From the human T2T-CHM13v2.0 reference genome, Homo sapiens, in NCBI RefSeq assembly GCF_009914755.1, contig NC_060947.1: 64,000 bases of DNA; one strand, 5' to 3'. Position numbers and translations under genes: made by a program. Position 1 is the first letter of the stretch; the number at the start of each line of letters is the position of its first letter. The notes under the pieces are model-generated. The model did no database searches and had not been told where the DNA came from. It saw only the letters and a program-made list of their open reading frames with translations. Positions 1 to 12,599 of this stretch are shown piece after piece.

Positions 1-1857
1 TGAGTTCAGCAATATGTGAAAAATAGAATACATCATGACCAAATGGGTTTTATCCCAGAAATGCAAGTTTGGATGAACAGTTTTTTAAAAATCAACATAA
101 TCAACAATATTTAAAAAACTAAAAAGGAAAAAATATATGATTATTTCAATAGACACAGAAGAAGCATTTTACAAAACCTAATAGCAGGTCATGATAAAAG
201 CACTCAACAAACTGGGAAGAGAAGGGAACTTCCTCAACCTGATACAGTTCTCCTTCCAAAAAATCAATGGTAACATCCTATTTAGTGGTAAAAGATGAAG
301 TGCTTTACCCCTAAGATCAGGAATAAGACAGGCAAATGTCTGCTTTTCCATTTTTATGCAACATTCTAGTCAATGTAATCAAGCAAGAAAAAATAAATAC
401 ACAAAGACATCCAGATTGGAAAGGAAGAAGTAAAACTATATTTTCTGATGACATGATTGCCTATGCAAAATATCTGATAGAATCTACCAAAAGCATCTAC
501 TAAGGCTAATAAATGAATTTAGCAAGGTTGCAGAACACAAGATGAATATAGATCAATTATATTGTATACAATAACAACAAACTATTGGAAATTGAAATTT
601 AAAAAACAATAACATTTTCAATAGCATCAAAAATATGAAATCTTTAGGACTGTCTAATAAATGATGTGAAAGACCTGTACACTGATAACTGCTAAACATT
701 GCTTGAAAGAAATTGTAGAAAACATAAATAAATAGGTAGTCCTTGTTCATGGATTGGACAACTCAATATTGTTAAGGTGTCAACTCTTTACAAAACTGAT
801 CTATAAATTCAACACAATCCCAATCAAAATCCCAGCAGACTTTTTTTTTTCTTAGGAATTGATGAGCAGGTTTTAAACATCATAAGGAAATGCAGAAGAC
901 CTAGAATAGCCAAAAGAATTCTGAAAATAAAATTGGGGGTAACATCTGATTTTGCAGCACTATTTGTCAATTAAAATAAAATCTATTTTTTAAAAGCTAC
1001 AGAATAAAGACAGTGTGTTATTGGCATAAAAGTAGACAAATAGGTTAATGAAACATAACAGAGTCCATACATAAACCCACCTCTATATGGACAACAGATT
1101 GTGGTTATGGACAGCAGATTTTTGACAAATATGCAAAATCAAAGGAGTGGCGAGAGAAAAGCCTTTTTAACAAATGCTGCTGAAACAATCGGATGTCCAT
1201 ATTTTGCATGATATACAAGAATTAACTCAAAATGGATCTTACATCTAAATGTAAAACCTAAAACTTCTAGAACAAAGCAGAATAAAATCTTTGTGACCTT
1301 GGGATAAGAAAAGATTTACTGAACTTGAAAACAAAAGCACAATCCATAAGAGAAAAAAAATGATAAATTGGATTTCGTCTAAATTAAAAACTTTGGATCT
1401 TCAAAAGAAACTGATAAGAGAATGAAAAACAAGCCACAGACTGTGAGAAAATCTTTGCAAAGCATGTAACTGACAAATCCAGTATTCATAAAGAACTCTC
1501 AAAACTGAAGAAAAAGATAATAACTTACCCAATTTGAAAAACTGGAAAAATATTTGAATAGACATTTCTTTGAAGATGTATGAGTGAAAAATAAGCACAT
1601 AAAAAGTTGTTTATCATCATTAGGAAAATGTAAGTTAAAACCACAATGAGATACCATTGCACAGTTATTAAAATGTCTAGAATAAAAAAGACTAACCACT
1701 TCTGGTGGCCTAACAAAACTTTTTGGGTGGTAGATAAGTTTACTATCTTGATTGTGAGGATGGTTTTATGAAATACTTATATGTACATATTTACACAAGT
1801 TTATATAAATATATATGTATATATATTCCAATTATGCACCTTTAACTATGTGCAGCT
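1..1857 (+). mobile_element. Old L1M-type LINE-1 fragment (degraded ORF2 RT/C-terminal region plus 3' end remnant)
   Basis: Decayed ORF2 motifs (catcatgaccaaatgggttttatcccag = HHDQ.GFIP; ttttctgatgacatg = F.DDM; aaaccacaatgagatacca) with many stops and frameshifts. Confidence 0.85.
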
Positions 1858-1974
1858 CTGACGTTGAAAGATTTCCTCATGTCTGGTGATCCTTGACTGG
1901 ATATTCATACTTAAGAATGAGACACTAAAAAGCTAAGTTTACTCACAAGCGTCACTGTATGATGATCAGACATC

Positions 1975-2415
1975 AGTTCAAAATCCTTAGCATGAGTAAA
2001 AAACTTTGCATCACCTTACTTGCTCTGTTTAATCCTCAGACCCCACTCCTTTCTCTTCTGCAATACACTCTAGCTAGGTCACATTCTGTTCCTGCATCCT
2101 GGAAAGTTCCCTTCACCTCTGCATCCTCGGCATACTGCTATTTGCCCTTTAAAACAACTTGGCCCATCCCTATTATTCAAGTCTATCATTTTCCTTAATC
2201 TCTCCCTAGAATACAGTTAATAACTATTTCCTTTGCATGACTTTGGTGGTTATAATTCCTTATACTCTTGCATTAAATCCCTGCATTGCAATACATTCTT
2301 TTGCATATACATGAGCTCCTGGAGGGATGACATTCATCTCTACATCCTCAGTGACCAGCACAAACCCTGGCACATAGTTGACCATTCAGTAATACTGGAT
2401 GAGTGACTGCATGGC
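1975..2415 (+). mobile_element. L2 3' fragment
   Basis: L2-like 3' terminus (gagctcctggaggga...cctggcacatag...cattcagtaatactggatgagtga). Confidence 0.6.
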
Positions 2416-2797
2416 TAAATGTCATACTCTGACTCTCATACTGCACTGTCTCTGACGCTTATAGCTAGATCTGCTCAGTGGAAGGTCTAAGTCCATAACC
2501 TGGCCTACCACTCTCTCTTTCAACTAGATGCAGTTCATCTTGATTGGGCCCTGCTGGGACTTAAAATATATGAAAGACTGACATATACTGTGAACATTTT
2601 AGTCGTTATTACTGGGAATTTACTTTTAGTAAACAGGTTGTTCACATGTATGACCTAAATATGATACTAACAGTGTTCTTTACATATTTACTCACCAAAT
2701 CATTTCCGTGTTCTTCAAATGTTGAATTCTGAACATTGTGATTTAGTACAGCCTAAATCAGTGAGCTTTTATTTTACATATGGAAAAGGATAATCAT

Positions 2798-3734
2798 TGT
2801 CAATGAAAAGAGCCAAACTGTAAAATATTTGAAGTGATTTATTCTGAGCCACATATGAGTGACCATGGCCTGTGACACAGCCATCAGGAGGTCCTGAGAA
2901 CATGTGTCCAAGGTGGTTGGGGTGCACCTTGCTTTTATACATTTTAGGGAAGCGTGAGACATCAATCAAACACATTTAAGAAATACATTGGTTTGGTCCA
3001 GAAAGGGGTGGGGGGTGGGAGCTTCCAGGCCATAGGTAAATTTAAACATTTTCTTGTTGACAAATGGTTGAGTTTGTCTAAAGAGGTGGGATCTGTCTAA
3101 GATAAGAGATTGTGGAAAGCAAAGTTTTAACTATACAGATGAGACTTTTACCTAGCAGGCTTCAGAGAGAATAGGTTGTAAAATATTTCTTATCACACTT
3201 AAAGTCTGTGTTGATGTTAATGCTGGAAAGGTATACTGAGACCCGTTCAACCCCCACTTCCCATCATGGCCTGAAACAGTCTCTCAGGTTAAATTTCAAG
3301 AGCTCTGGCTCAGGAGGAATTCCATTCAGATGGCTGGGTTACCTGTTGAGGGTGTCCAGGTTCTTGGTGTTTTGAACAAAGAACTGGACAAAACGCACAA
3401 ATAAAGCAAAGAAAGAATGAAGAAACAAAAGCAGAGATTTATTGAAAATGAAAGCACACTTCACAGGGTGGGAGCGGGCTGAGCAAGGGGTTCAAGGGCC
3501 CCGTTACAGAGTTTTCTGAGGTTTAAATACCCTATAGAAGTTTCCCATTGGTTACTTGGTATATGCCATATGTAAATGAAGAGGATGAAGTCAAGTTACA
3601 AAGCCATTCACATTCCTGTCATTGCTGAAATGTTTCCATTTGATTTAGTTCTAGGAAGTCCTTAGGTTCCCTGCCTCCAGGCCTTATTCTCCTGCCTCAG
3701 TTGGGGGGCCTTAGAATTTTATTTTTGATTTACA
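2798..3734 (-). mobile_element. MER4-group ERV1 solo LTR, interrupted by a second LTR
   Basis: TG...CA ends; 4-bp TSD TCAT (2794-2797 and 3735-3738); MER4-like motifs (tttattctgagcc, ccttagaattttatttttg). Confidence 0.8.
3337..3699 (-). mobile_element. MER51-like solo LTR nested in the MER4-like LTR
   Basis: Minus strand begins TGAGGCAGGAGAATAAGGCCTGGAGGCAGGGAACCTAAGG; imperfect TSD gctg/gttg; host LTR resumes at 3700. Confidence 0.75.
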
Positions 3735-4029
3735 TCATAATAAATTTGGAAGAAAACAAATGGTTCTTTGTAGCATAGGCTCCTAGTACCACTGTTTTGC
3801 AGTGAACAGTATATGCATACCTACTCCCCAAAGGCCGAGGAAGCTGAGAGTTGAAGAAAGAGGATGATAAATCCAGTTTCTTGAAAGAAACATCTAATAG
3901 GAGCTTACAAACAGAAGAGATGTCTCCAGCAGCAGAGAGACTATAGATTCCCACACCTGCCCTCCAGAAAGTATTCTTTATATGGCAAGCTTTTTTTTTT
4001 TTTTTTTTCCAGTAAAACAGTGAAACATA

Positions 4030-4483
4030 TGTCAGGCCTCTGAGCCCAAGCCAAGCCATCTCATCCCCTGTGACTTGCACGTATACGCCCAGATGGCCTG
4101 AAGTAACTGAAGATTCACAAAAGAAGTGAATATGCCCTGCCCCACCTTAACTGATGACATTCCACCACAAAAGAAGTGTAAATGGCCGGTCCTTGCCTTA
4201 ACTGATGACATTACCTTGTGAAAGTCCTTTCCCTAGCTCATCCTGGCACAAAAAAGCACCCCCACTGAGCACCTTGCGACCCCCACTCCTGCCCGCCAGA
4301 GAACAAACCCCCTTTGACTGTAATTTTCCTTTACCTACCCAAATCCTATAAAAAGGCCCCACCCTTATCTCCCTTCCCTGACTCTCTTTTCGGACTCAGC
4401 CCACCTGCACCCAGGTGAAATAAACAGCCATGTTGCTCACACAAAGCCTGTTTGGTGGTCTCTTCACATGGACGCGCATGAAA
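4030..4483 (+). promoter_or_regulatory. LTR7: 5' LTR7 of HERV-H (promoter/enhancer)
   Basis: tgtcaggcctctgagcccaag...gcatgaaa; TATA-like cctataaaa at about 4346; GC/KLF box ccccaccc; aataaa at about 4419; cacaaaagaagtg present twice. Confidence 0.95.
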
Positions 4484-4485
4484 TT

Positions 4486-4503
4486 TGGTGCCGTGACTCA
4501 GAT
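4486..4503 (+). other. Primer-binding site complementary to tRNA-His
   Basis: TGGTGCCGTGACTCAGAT immediately after the LTR; 17/18 match to TGGTGCCGTGACTCGGAT. Confidence 0.93.
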
Positions 4504-4626
4504 CGGGGGACCTCCCTTGGGAGATCAATCCCCTGTCCTCCTGTTCTTTGCTCCATGAGAAAGATCCACCTATGACCTCAGGTCCTAAGACCAACCAGCC
4601 CAAGGAACATCTCACCAATTTTAAAT

Positions 4627-4635
4627 CAGGTAAGC
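4627..4635 (+). other. HERV-H leader major splice donor
   Basis: CAG|GTAAGC about 145 nt after the 5' LTR. Confidence 0.75.
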
Positions 4636-5084
4636 GGCCTCTTCTTACTCTCTTCTCCAACCTCTCTCACTGTCCCTCAACCACTTTCTCCTTTCCACTC
4701 TTCAATCTCTCCCTTCTCTTAATTTCAATTCCTTTCATTTTCTGGGAGAGACAAAGGAGACACGTTTTATCCGTGGACCCAAAACTCCGGTGCCAGTCAC
4801 GGACTGGGAAGGCAGACTTCCCTTGGTGTTTAATCATTACAGGGACACTTCTCTGATTATTCACCCACGATTCAAAGGTGTCAGACCACGCAGGGACGCC
4901 TGCCTTGGTCCTTCACCCTTAGCGGCAAGTCCCACTTTTCTGGGAAAGGGGCAAGTACCCCAACCCCTTCTCTCCTTGTCTCTACCCCTTCTCTGCTTTT
5001 CTGGGGGAGGGGCAAGTACCCCTCAACCCCTTCTCCTTCACTCTGAGCAGCAAGTCCTGCTTTTCTAGAGGAGGGGCAAGTACC

Positions 5085-5310
5085 CCAACCTCGTATCTCT
5101 GTGCCCCAATCCCTTATTTCCGTGCCCCAACCTCTTATATCTCTGCACCCCAATCCCTTATTTCCATGCCCCGAGCCCTTATTTCTGTGCCCTGACCCCT
5201 TATTTCCATGCACCTACCCCTTATTTCCATGCCCCAACCCCTTATCTCTGTGCCCCATCCCTTATTTCTGTGCCCCGACCTCTTATCTCTGCGCCCCAAC
5301 CCCTTTTCCC
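5085..5310 (+). repeat. Degenerate ~19-22-nt tandem repeat in the HERV-H leader
   Basis: About 10 units of cccttatttc(c/t)(a/g)tgccc.. Confidence 0.8.
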
Positions 5311-5539
5311 ACTTTTCTGGAAGGTAAGAACCCCCGAACCCCTTCCCTCCTTTCCCTACTCTCTCTTTTCTCTAGGCTTGCTTCCTTCACTATAGGCAAC
5401 CTTCCACCCTCCATTCCTCCTTCTACTCCCTTGGCCTGTGTTCTCAAAAACTTAAAACCTCTTCAACTCATACCTGACCTAAAACCTAAATGCCTTATTT
5501 TCTTCTGCAATGCCGCTTCACCCCAATACCAACTCGACA

Positions 5540-6650
5540 GTAGTTCCAAATAGCCAGAAAATGGCACTTTGAATTTTTCCATCCTGCAAAATCTAAATAA
5601 TTCTTGTCATAAAATAGGCAAATGGTCTGAGGTGCCTGACGTCCAGGCATTCTTTTACACATCAGTCCCTTCCTAGTCTCTGTGCCCAGTGCAACTCATC
5701 CGAAATCTTCCTTCTTTCCCTCCCGCCTGTCCCCTCTGTACCAACCCCAAGCGTTGCTGAGTCTTTCTAATCTTCCTTTTCTACAGACCCATCTGACCTC
5801 TCCCTTCCTCCCCAGGCTGCTCCTCGCCAGGCCGAGCTAGGTCCCAATTCTTCCTCAGCCTCCGCTCCTCCACCCTATAATCTTTTTATCACCTCCCCTC
5901 TTCACATCTGGTCCGGCTTACAGTTTCGTACCATGACTAGCCCTCCCCCTCCTGCCCAGCAATTTACTCTTAAAAAGGTGGCTGGAGCTAAAGGCATAGT
6001 CAAGGTTAATACTCCTTTTTCTTTATCCCAAATCAGATAGCGTTTAGGCTCTTTTTCATCAAATATAAAAATCCAGCCCAGTTCATGACTTCTTTGGCAG
6101 CAACCCTGAGACACTTTACAGCCCTAGACCCTAAAAGGTCAAAAGGCCATCTTATTCTCAAAGTACATTTTATTACCCAATCTGCTCCCGACATTAAATA
6201 AAACTCCAAAAATTAAATTCCGGCCCTCAAACCCCACAACAGGATTTAATTAACCTCGCCTTCAAGGTGTACAATAATAGAAAAAAGTTGCAATTCCTTG
6301 CCTCCACTCTGAGACAAACTCCAGCCACATCTCCAGCACACAAGAACTTCCAAACGCCTGAACCGCAGCGGCCAAGCATTCCTCCAGAACCTCCTCCCAC
6401 AGGAGCTTGCTACATGTGCCAGAAATCTGGCCACTGGGCCAAGGAATGCCCGCAGCGCCGGATTCCTCCTAAGCCGCGTCCCATCTATGTGGGACCCCAC
6501 TGAAAATCGGACTGTTCAACTCACCTGGCAGCCATTCCCAGAGCCCCTGGAACTCTGGCCCAAGGCTCTCTGACTGACTCCTTCCCAGATCTTCTCGGCT
6601 TAGCGGCTGAAGACTGACACTGCCCGATTGCCTCGGAAGCCCCCCTAGAC
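5540..6650 (+). pseudogene. gag: HERV-H gag relic with an intact CCHC zinc knuckle (6408-6449)
   Basis: CYMCQKSGHWAKEC in ORF 6267-6503; the rest is broken by stops and deletions. Confidence 0.85.
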
Positions 6651-6659
6651 CATCACAGA

Positions 6660-8860
6660 CGCCGAGCTTCGGGTAACTCTCACAGTGGAAGGTAAGCCCG
6701 TCCCCTTCTTAATCAATACGGAGGCTACCCACTCCACATTACCTTCTTTTCAAGGGCCTGTTTCCCTTGCCTCCATAACTGTTGTGGGTATTGACGGCCA
6801 GGCTTCTAAACCTCTTAAAACTCCCCAACTCTGGTGCCAACTTAGACAATACTCTTTTAAACATTCCTTTTTAGTTATCCCCACCTGCCCAGTTCCCTTA
6901 TTAGGCTGAGACACTTTAACTAAATTATCTGCTTCCCTGACTATTCCTGGACTACAGCTAAATCTCATTGCCTCCCTTCTTCCCAATCCAAAGCCTCCTT
7001 TGCGTCCTCCTCCTGTATTCCCCCACCTTAACCCACAAGTATAAGATACCTCTACTCCCTCCTTGGTGACCGATCATGCGCCCCTTACCATCTCATTAAA
7101 ACCTAATCACCCTTACCCCACTCAACGCCAATATCCCATCCCGCAGCACGCCTTAAAAAGATTAAAGCCTGTTATCACTCGCCTGCTACAGCATGGCCGT
7201 TTAAAGCCTATAAACTCTCCTTACAATTTCCCCATTTTACCTGTCCTAAAACCAGACAAGCCTTACAAGTTAGTTCAGGATCTGCACCTTATCAACCAAA
7301 TTGTTTTGCCTATCCACCCCGTGGTGCCAAATCCATATACTCTCCTATCCTCAATACCTGCCTCTACAACCCATTATTCTGTTCTGGATCTCAAACATGC
7401 TTTCTTTACTATTCCTTTGCACCCTTAATTCCAGCCTCTCTTCACTTTCACTTGGACTGACCCTGACACCCATCAAGCTCAGCAAATTACCTAGGCTGTA
7501 CTGCCACAAAGCTTCACAGACAGCCCCCATTACTTCAATCAAGCCCAAATTTCTTCCTCATCTGTTACCTATCTCGGCATAATTCTCATAAAAACACACG
7601 TGCTCTCCCTGCCAATCGTGTCCGAATGATCTCTCAAACCCCAGCACCTTCTACAAAACAACAACTCCTTTCCTTCCTAGGCATGGTTAGCGCGGTCAGA
7701 ATTCTTACACAAGAGCCAGGACCACACCCTGTAGCCTTTCTGTCCAAACAACTTGACCTTACTGTTTTAGCCTAGCCCTCATGCCTGTGTGCAGCAGCTG
7801 CCGCTGCTTTAATACTTTTAGAGGCCCTCAAAATCACAAACTATGCTCAACTCACTCTCTACAGTTCTCATAACTTCCAAAATCTATTTTCTTCCTCATA
7901 CCTGACGCATATACTTTCTGCTTTCTGGCTCCTTCAGCTATACTCACTCTTTGTTGAGTCTCCCACAATTACCATTGTTCCTGGCCTGGACTTCAATCCG
8001 GCCTCCCACATTATTCCTGATACCGCACCTGACCCCCATGACTGTATCTCTCTGATCCACCTGACATTCACCCCATTTCCCCAAATTTCCTTCTTTCCTG
8101 TTCCTCACCCTGATCACGCTTGATTTATTGATGGCGGTTCCACCAGGCCTAATCGCCACACACCAGCAAAGGCAGGTTATGCTATAGTACAAGCCACTAG
8201 CCCGCCTCTTAGAACCTCTCATTTCCTTTCCATCGTGGAAATCTATCCTCAAGGAAATAACTTCTCAGTGTTCCATCTGCTATTCTACTACTCCTCAGGG
8301 ATTATTCAGGCCCCCTCCCTTCCCTACACATCAAGCTCGAGGATTTGCCCCCACCCAGGACTGGCAAATTAGCTTTACTCAACATGCCCTAGTCAGGAAA
8401 CTAAAATACCTCTTAGTCTAAATAAACACTTTCACTGAATAAGTAAAGGCCTTTCCCACAGGGTCTGAGAAGGCCACCACAGTCATTTCTTCCCTTCTGT
8501 CAGACATAATTCCTCAGTTTAGCCTTCCCACCTCAATACAGTCTGATAACAGATGAGCCTTTATTAGTCAAATCAGCCAAGCAGTTTTTCAGGCTCTTAG
8601 TATTCAGTGAAACCTTTATATCCCTTATGGTCCTCCGTCTTCAAGAAAAGTAGAATTGACTAAAGGTCTTTTAAAAACACATCTCACCAAGCTTAGCCAC
8701 CAACTTAAAAAGGACTGGACAATACTTTTACTACTTTCCCGTCTCAGAATTCAGGCCTGTCCTTGGAATGCTACAGGGTACAGCCTATTTAAGCTCCTGT
8801 ATAGACGCTCCTTTTTATTAGGCCCCAGTCTCATTCCGGACACCAGACCAACTTAGACTG
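6660..8860 (+). pseudogene. pol: HERV-H pro-pol relic (protease, partial RT, RNase H and integrase)
   Basis: FLINTEATHS (protease DTG changed to NTE); PILPVLKPD..YKLVQDL; YSVLDLKHAFF; integrase-like LLKTHLTKL; many stops. Confidence 0.88.
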
Positions 8861-9444
8861 TGCCCCAAAAAACTTGTCATCCCTACTATCTTCTGTCTAG
8901 TCATACTCCTATTCACCGTTCTCGACTACTCATACACGCCCTGCTCTTGTTTACACTGCCGGTTTACACTGTTTTTCCAAGCCATCACAGCTGATATCTC
9001 CTGGTGCTATCCCCAAACTGCCACTCTTAACTCTTGAAGTAAATAAATAATCTTTGCTGGCAGGACTATGCCAAATCTCCTTAAGCACTCTCTAATCAGA
9101 TATCCTGAGTCGTCCCAATTCTTAGACCTTTTATACCTGTTTTTCTCCTTCTGTTATTCCATTTAGTTTTTCAATTCATACAAAACCATATCCAGGCCAT
9201 CATCAATCATTCTATACGACAAATGTTTCTTCTAACATCCCCACAATATCACCCCTTACCACAAGACCTCCCTTCAGCTTAATCTCTCCCACTCTAGGTT
9301 CCCACGCCGCCCCTAATCCTGCCTGAAGCAGCCCTGAGAAACATTGCCCATTCTCTCTCCATACCACCCCCCAAAAATTGTCACCGCCCCAACACTTCAA
9401 CATTATTTTGTTTTATTTTTCTTATTAATATAAGAAGGCAGGAA

Positions 9445-9898
9445 TGTCAGGCCTCTGAGCCCAAGCCAAGCCATCTCATCCCCTGTGACTTGCACGTATA
9501 TGCCCAGATGGCCTGAAGTAACTGAAGATTCACAAAAGAAGTGAATATGCCCTGCCCCACCTTAACTGATGACATTCCACCACAAAAGAAGTGTAAATGG
9601 CCGGTCCTTGCCTTAATTGATGACATTACCTTGTGAAAGTCCTTTTCCTGGCTCATTCTGGCTCAAAAAAGCACCCCCACTGAGCACCTTGTGACCCCCA
9701 CTCCTGCCCGCCAGAGAAAAAACCCCCTTTGACTGTAATTTTCCATTACCTTCCCAAATCCTATAAAACGGCCACACCCTCATCTCCCTTCCCTGACTCT
9801 CTTTTCGGACTCAGCCCGCCTGCACCCAGGTGAAATAAACAGCCATGTTGCTCACACAAAGCCTGTTTGGTGGTCTCTTCACACAGACGTGCATGAAA
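9445..9898 (+). promoter_or_regulatory. LTR7: 3' LTR7 of HERV-H
   Basis: Direct repeat of 4030-4483 with about 17 substitutions by manual count. Confidence 0.95.
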
Positions 9899-11429
9899 AC
9901 ATATGCAACTGGTCATGTCTCAGGCCCTTTTATAAAACTTTTGATCACTGGGAAAGTTAGATAGGCATCTTTATGGAGGAGGCTTATCTATGGGCATTGT
10001 TTTTGTCTTGAGTGGTTATCTATGCTACAAGCATTGCTTCTTGACTTCACTGCAAAATGCCTTGGTCTACAGGAGTCAAACATCAATCACTACAGCAGTT
10101 TTGCTTCAAGACTGCCTTACTCTTGCTATGCAACAGGTTGTTTTTCAACAATCATTTTATAATCTTTTTCATTTGCTGGTAGATATTTGGGTTCAAATGA
10201 CTCCATTTACTTTTAGTCAAAGTTAATCATTTTGCTTGATCGTTTATTAGACTGTATATTCACTTTGCTCGATCCTTTATTTAACCTTATATGTACTATT
10301 ACTATCAAGGTAAGTTGTTCTATCAAAGTAAATAGTGGTGATGTCATAAACTTAATATTGTAGCACAATTTTGAAAGTAGAAAAGATGAAAATGTAGATA
10401 ATAAAGAAAAACTCTTGCTTACATTCAGATACATATGATAATTAGGGAGTACCATATAAAAATTTATAAAAGCAGAATTTAAATATACTGATGGCTATTT
10501 CATGAGAATGTAATGGGAGGAAGCTTTCCTAACAGCTATGCTCATTTATATTGGATTCATATATATAATCAATCAAAACAAGGTAGTTACACAGTAATGA
10601 CTCATGTGATAATGATGAGACTCTGAAAGAGAGGCAATTGAATATGCATCACTTGCTTTTCATATGTAAATTCCATTACTAACCAAGCATTACTGTTCCC
10701 TAATATTTCTACATAACACTATGATTAATAGGAGTATCATGATAGAATAATGGAGAAAAATAGTCCTTATGTTGCATTTACAGATTTACAAGAAGCAAAA
10801 AATCCAGATTTATATCATAGCAGAAGAAAATCTTCCATACCCAGGCACTTAACAAATAGTTTAGAATGAGAATGCAGCTAACAGATTTATATATAATCTA
10901 CAATTCAGCAATAATTTTCTCATTGATATTGATGTTTCCTTTTCTCCAGGAGTACAATGTGCAAATAGTTTTTTTTTCTAAACTCTGGATTCAAATGAAT
11001 GTAAATATTTGTATTCTTCTATATCAAGTTATAACATCTGGCCACTTTGCCTAGAATAACTGTAATAATAATAAGCAGGTAAATTTACCCCTTAAAGATT
11101 TGCTAAATATTCTGCATTTCTTTTACTTATCAAAAGAATGATGAAAGAAAGAGAATAGAGGCATCCCAATTAGAAATGTCACCTGGTGGCCTAGAATCAA
11201 AACTTTAAAATTTTTTGTTCAATTTATTTAGCAGTGTCAGTCAGCAATAGTCACTTAAGTCTGTATGCTATATAATCCTCTAATAAGCACAATGGAAAGA
11301 AAACTTGAGTAGGCTCCATCACTACCCTCAAGTAGCATATGTGTGCTGGATAAGAAGACATGATTTAATGAAGGAGCATAAAAACATTCACAAAGGTTTG
11401 CTTCATCTCTGTAATGGTAGCATTTGCTC

Positions 11430-12580
11430 AGGACAAACCCATTGGAGATATTCTTTACTGCTCTATCTCACATACATCCAACCCATCAACAAATCATGTT
11501 GGCTCTACCTTCCAAACATGTCCAAATAACTCACTGCTTCTTATTACCTCCATAGCTACCATTTTGGTTCAGGCCACTATCTTCTCTCACCTAAACTATG
11601 GCAATAATCTCCTTAGTGGCCTCTCTGCTTCTACTCTTATCTCTCTGTAGTCTTTTTTACCCATATAATAGCAAAAGTAACCTTTTAAAACTAAATCAAC
11701 TCATGTCACTTCCCCACTGAGAATATTCCAAAGGGAATATGGAATAAAACCAAACTCATTACCATGGATTTCAAGACCCTACCAGATCTACTCTCTACCG
11801 ATCTCTCTAACATCATCTCCTAACAATTTCTCCTTCCCTCTACGCTAATCACACTAGCCTTCCTGCTGTTCTTCCAACACATCATGCTTAAGAGACCGAA
11901 TATACAGACAATGGGCAAACCATATTAAAAAAAAAAAAATAGAACTCTGACCCATAAACTGCAGGAACCAGTTCAGGAAGTCAATTAACTAACCAGAAAT
12001 CAGATTTGTAGGAAGCCAGACTACTGTCTCTAATAGCCAATCCAGCAAGCCAAACAATAGTCTCTGTAACAATCAGCTCATAATAGCCAGGACTGATTAG
12101 TACCTGACAGCTTTCCTATTTTTTGCCCCCACTTCCAACTTAGGACCAACCAGAGAAAGCCAAATATGCATCACTAGCCGATCACATAGGATGCCCTGTT
12201 TCTAGTTAGCCTGCCTATAGCTTCACCATGCCAACAGCCTCCAATCAGAGCATGCCTGAAGCAATCCCTTTTTCCCATGACAAAGATTTCCTACTCTTCT
12301 ACCTACTATTGAGTCTCTGCCAAATGCAAGTAATGGTGGCTGCTGACTCCCAAGCTATAACAAGTTCTGAATAAATAGCCTGTGCTTGTTCCCATTTGTG
12401 TAGCCTAATTTATTTCCAGATGATCATTGTGCCTAGTGGTCTTCACTCTTTCTGTTACTCTGTTTGGAATACACTTCCCCTTGCATGACTTGCTCGCTTA
12501 ATGAGTTCAGGTGTCTATTCCAAAATGACCTCCTCAGAGAGGCCTCCCGTGGCCATCCTATCTAAAATACTCTTCTCAAA
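11430..12580 (+). mobile_element. L2 fragment interrupted by an LTR
   Basis: L2 motifs (ggctctaccttcca, tcatgtcacttcccc, cctcctcagagaggcct) on both sides of about 11888-12420. Confidence 0.7.
11888..12420 (+). mobile_element. ERV1-class solo LTR (subfamily undetermined)
   Basis: Repeated CCAAT-like boxes, aataaa near the end; interrupts the L2. Confidence 0.6.
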
Positions 12581-12599
12581 ATAATTGGTTCTAATCAGT

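Larger units (their letters stand above)
4030..9898 (+). mobile_element. HERV-H: HERV-H provirus, common internally deleted ~5.9-kb form (LTR7-HERVH-int-LTR7)
   Basis: Two 454-bp LTRs, His PBS, polypurine tract 9432-9444, 5-bp TSD ACATA (4025-4029 / 9899-9903), degenerate gag/pro/pol, env largely deleted. Confidence 0.97.
3769..10135 (-). mobile_element. Older ERV1-class LTR split by the HERV-H insertion (pieces about 3769-4029 and 9899-10135)
   Basis: LTR-like sequence with TG...CA ends continues on both sides of the HERV-H TSD; subfamily not determined. Confidence 0.5.

Noticed and set aside
5085-5310. Repeat array superficially CRISPR-like
   Set aside because: Eukaryotic retroviral leader repeat with no unique spacers and no cas genes
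4346-5553. Several 90-150-aa ORFs in the HERV-H leader
   Set aside because: They arise from the C/T-rich tandem repeat and LTR; low complexity, no domain
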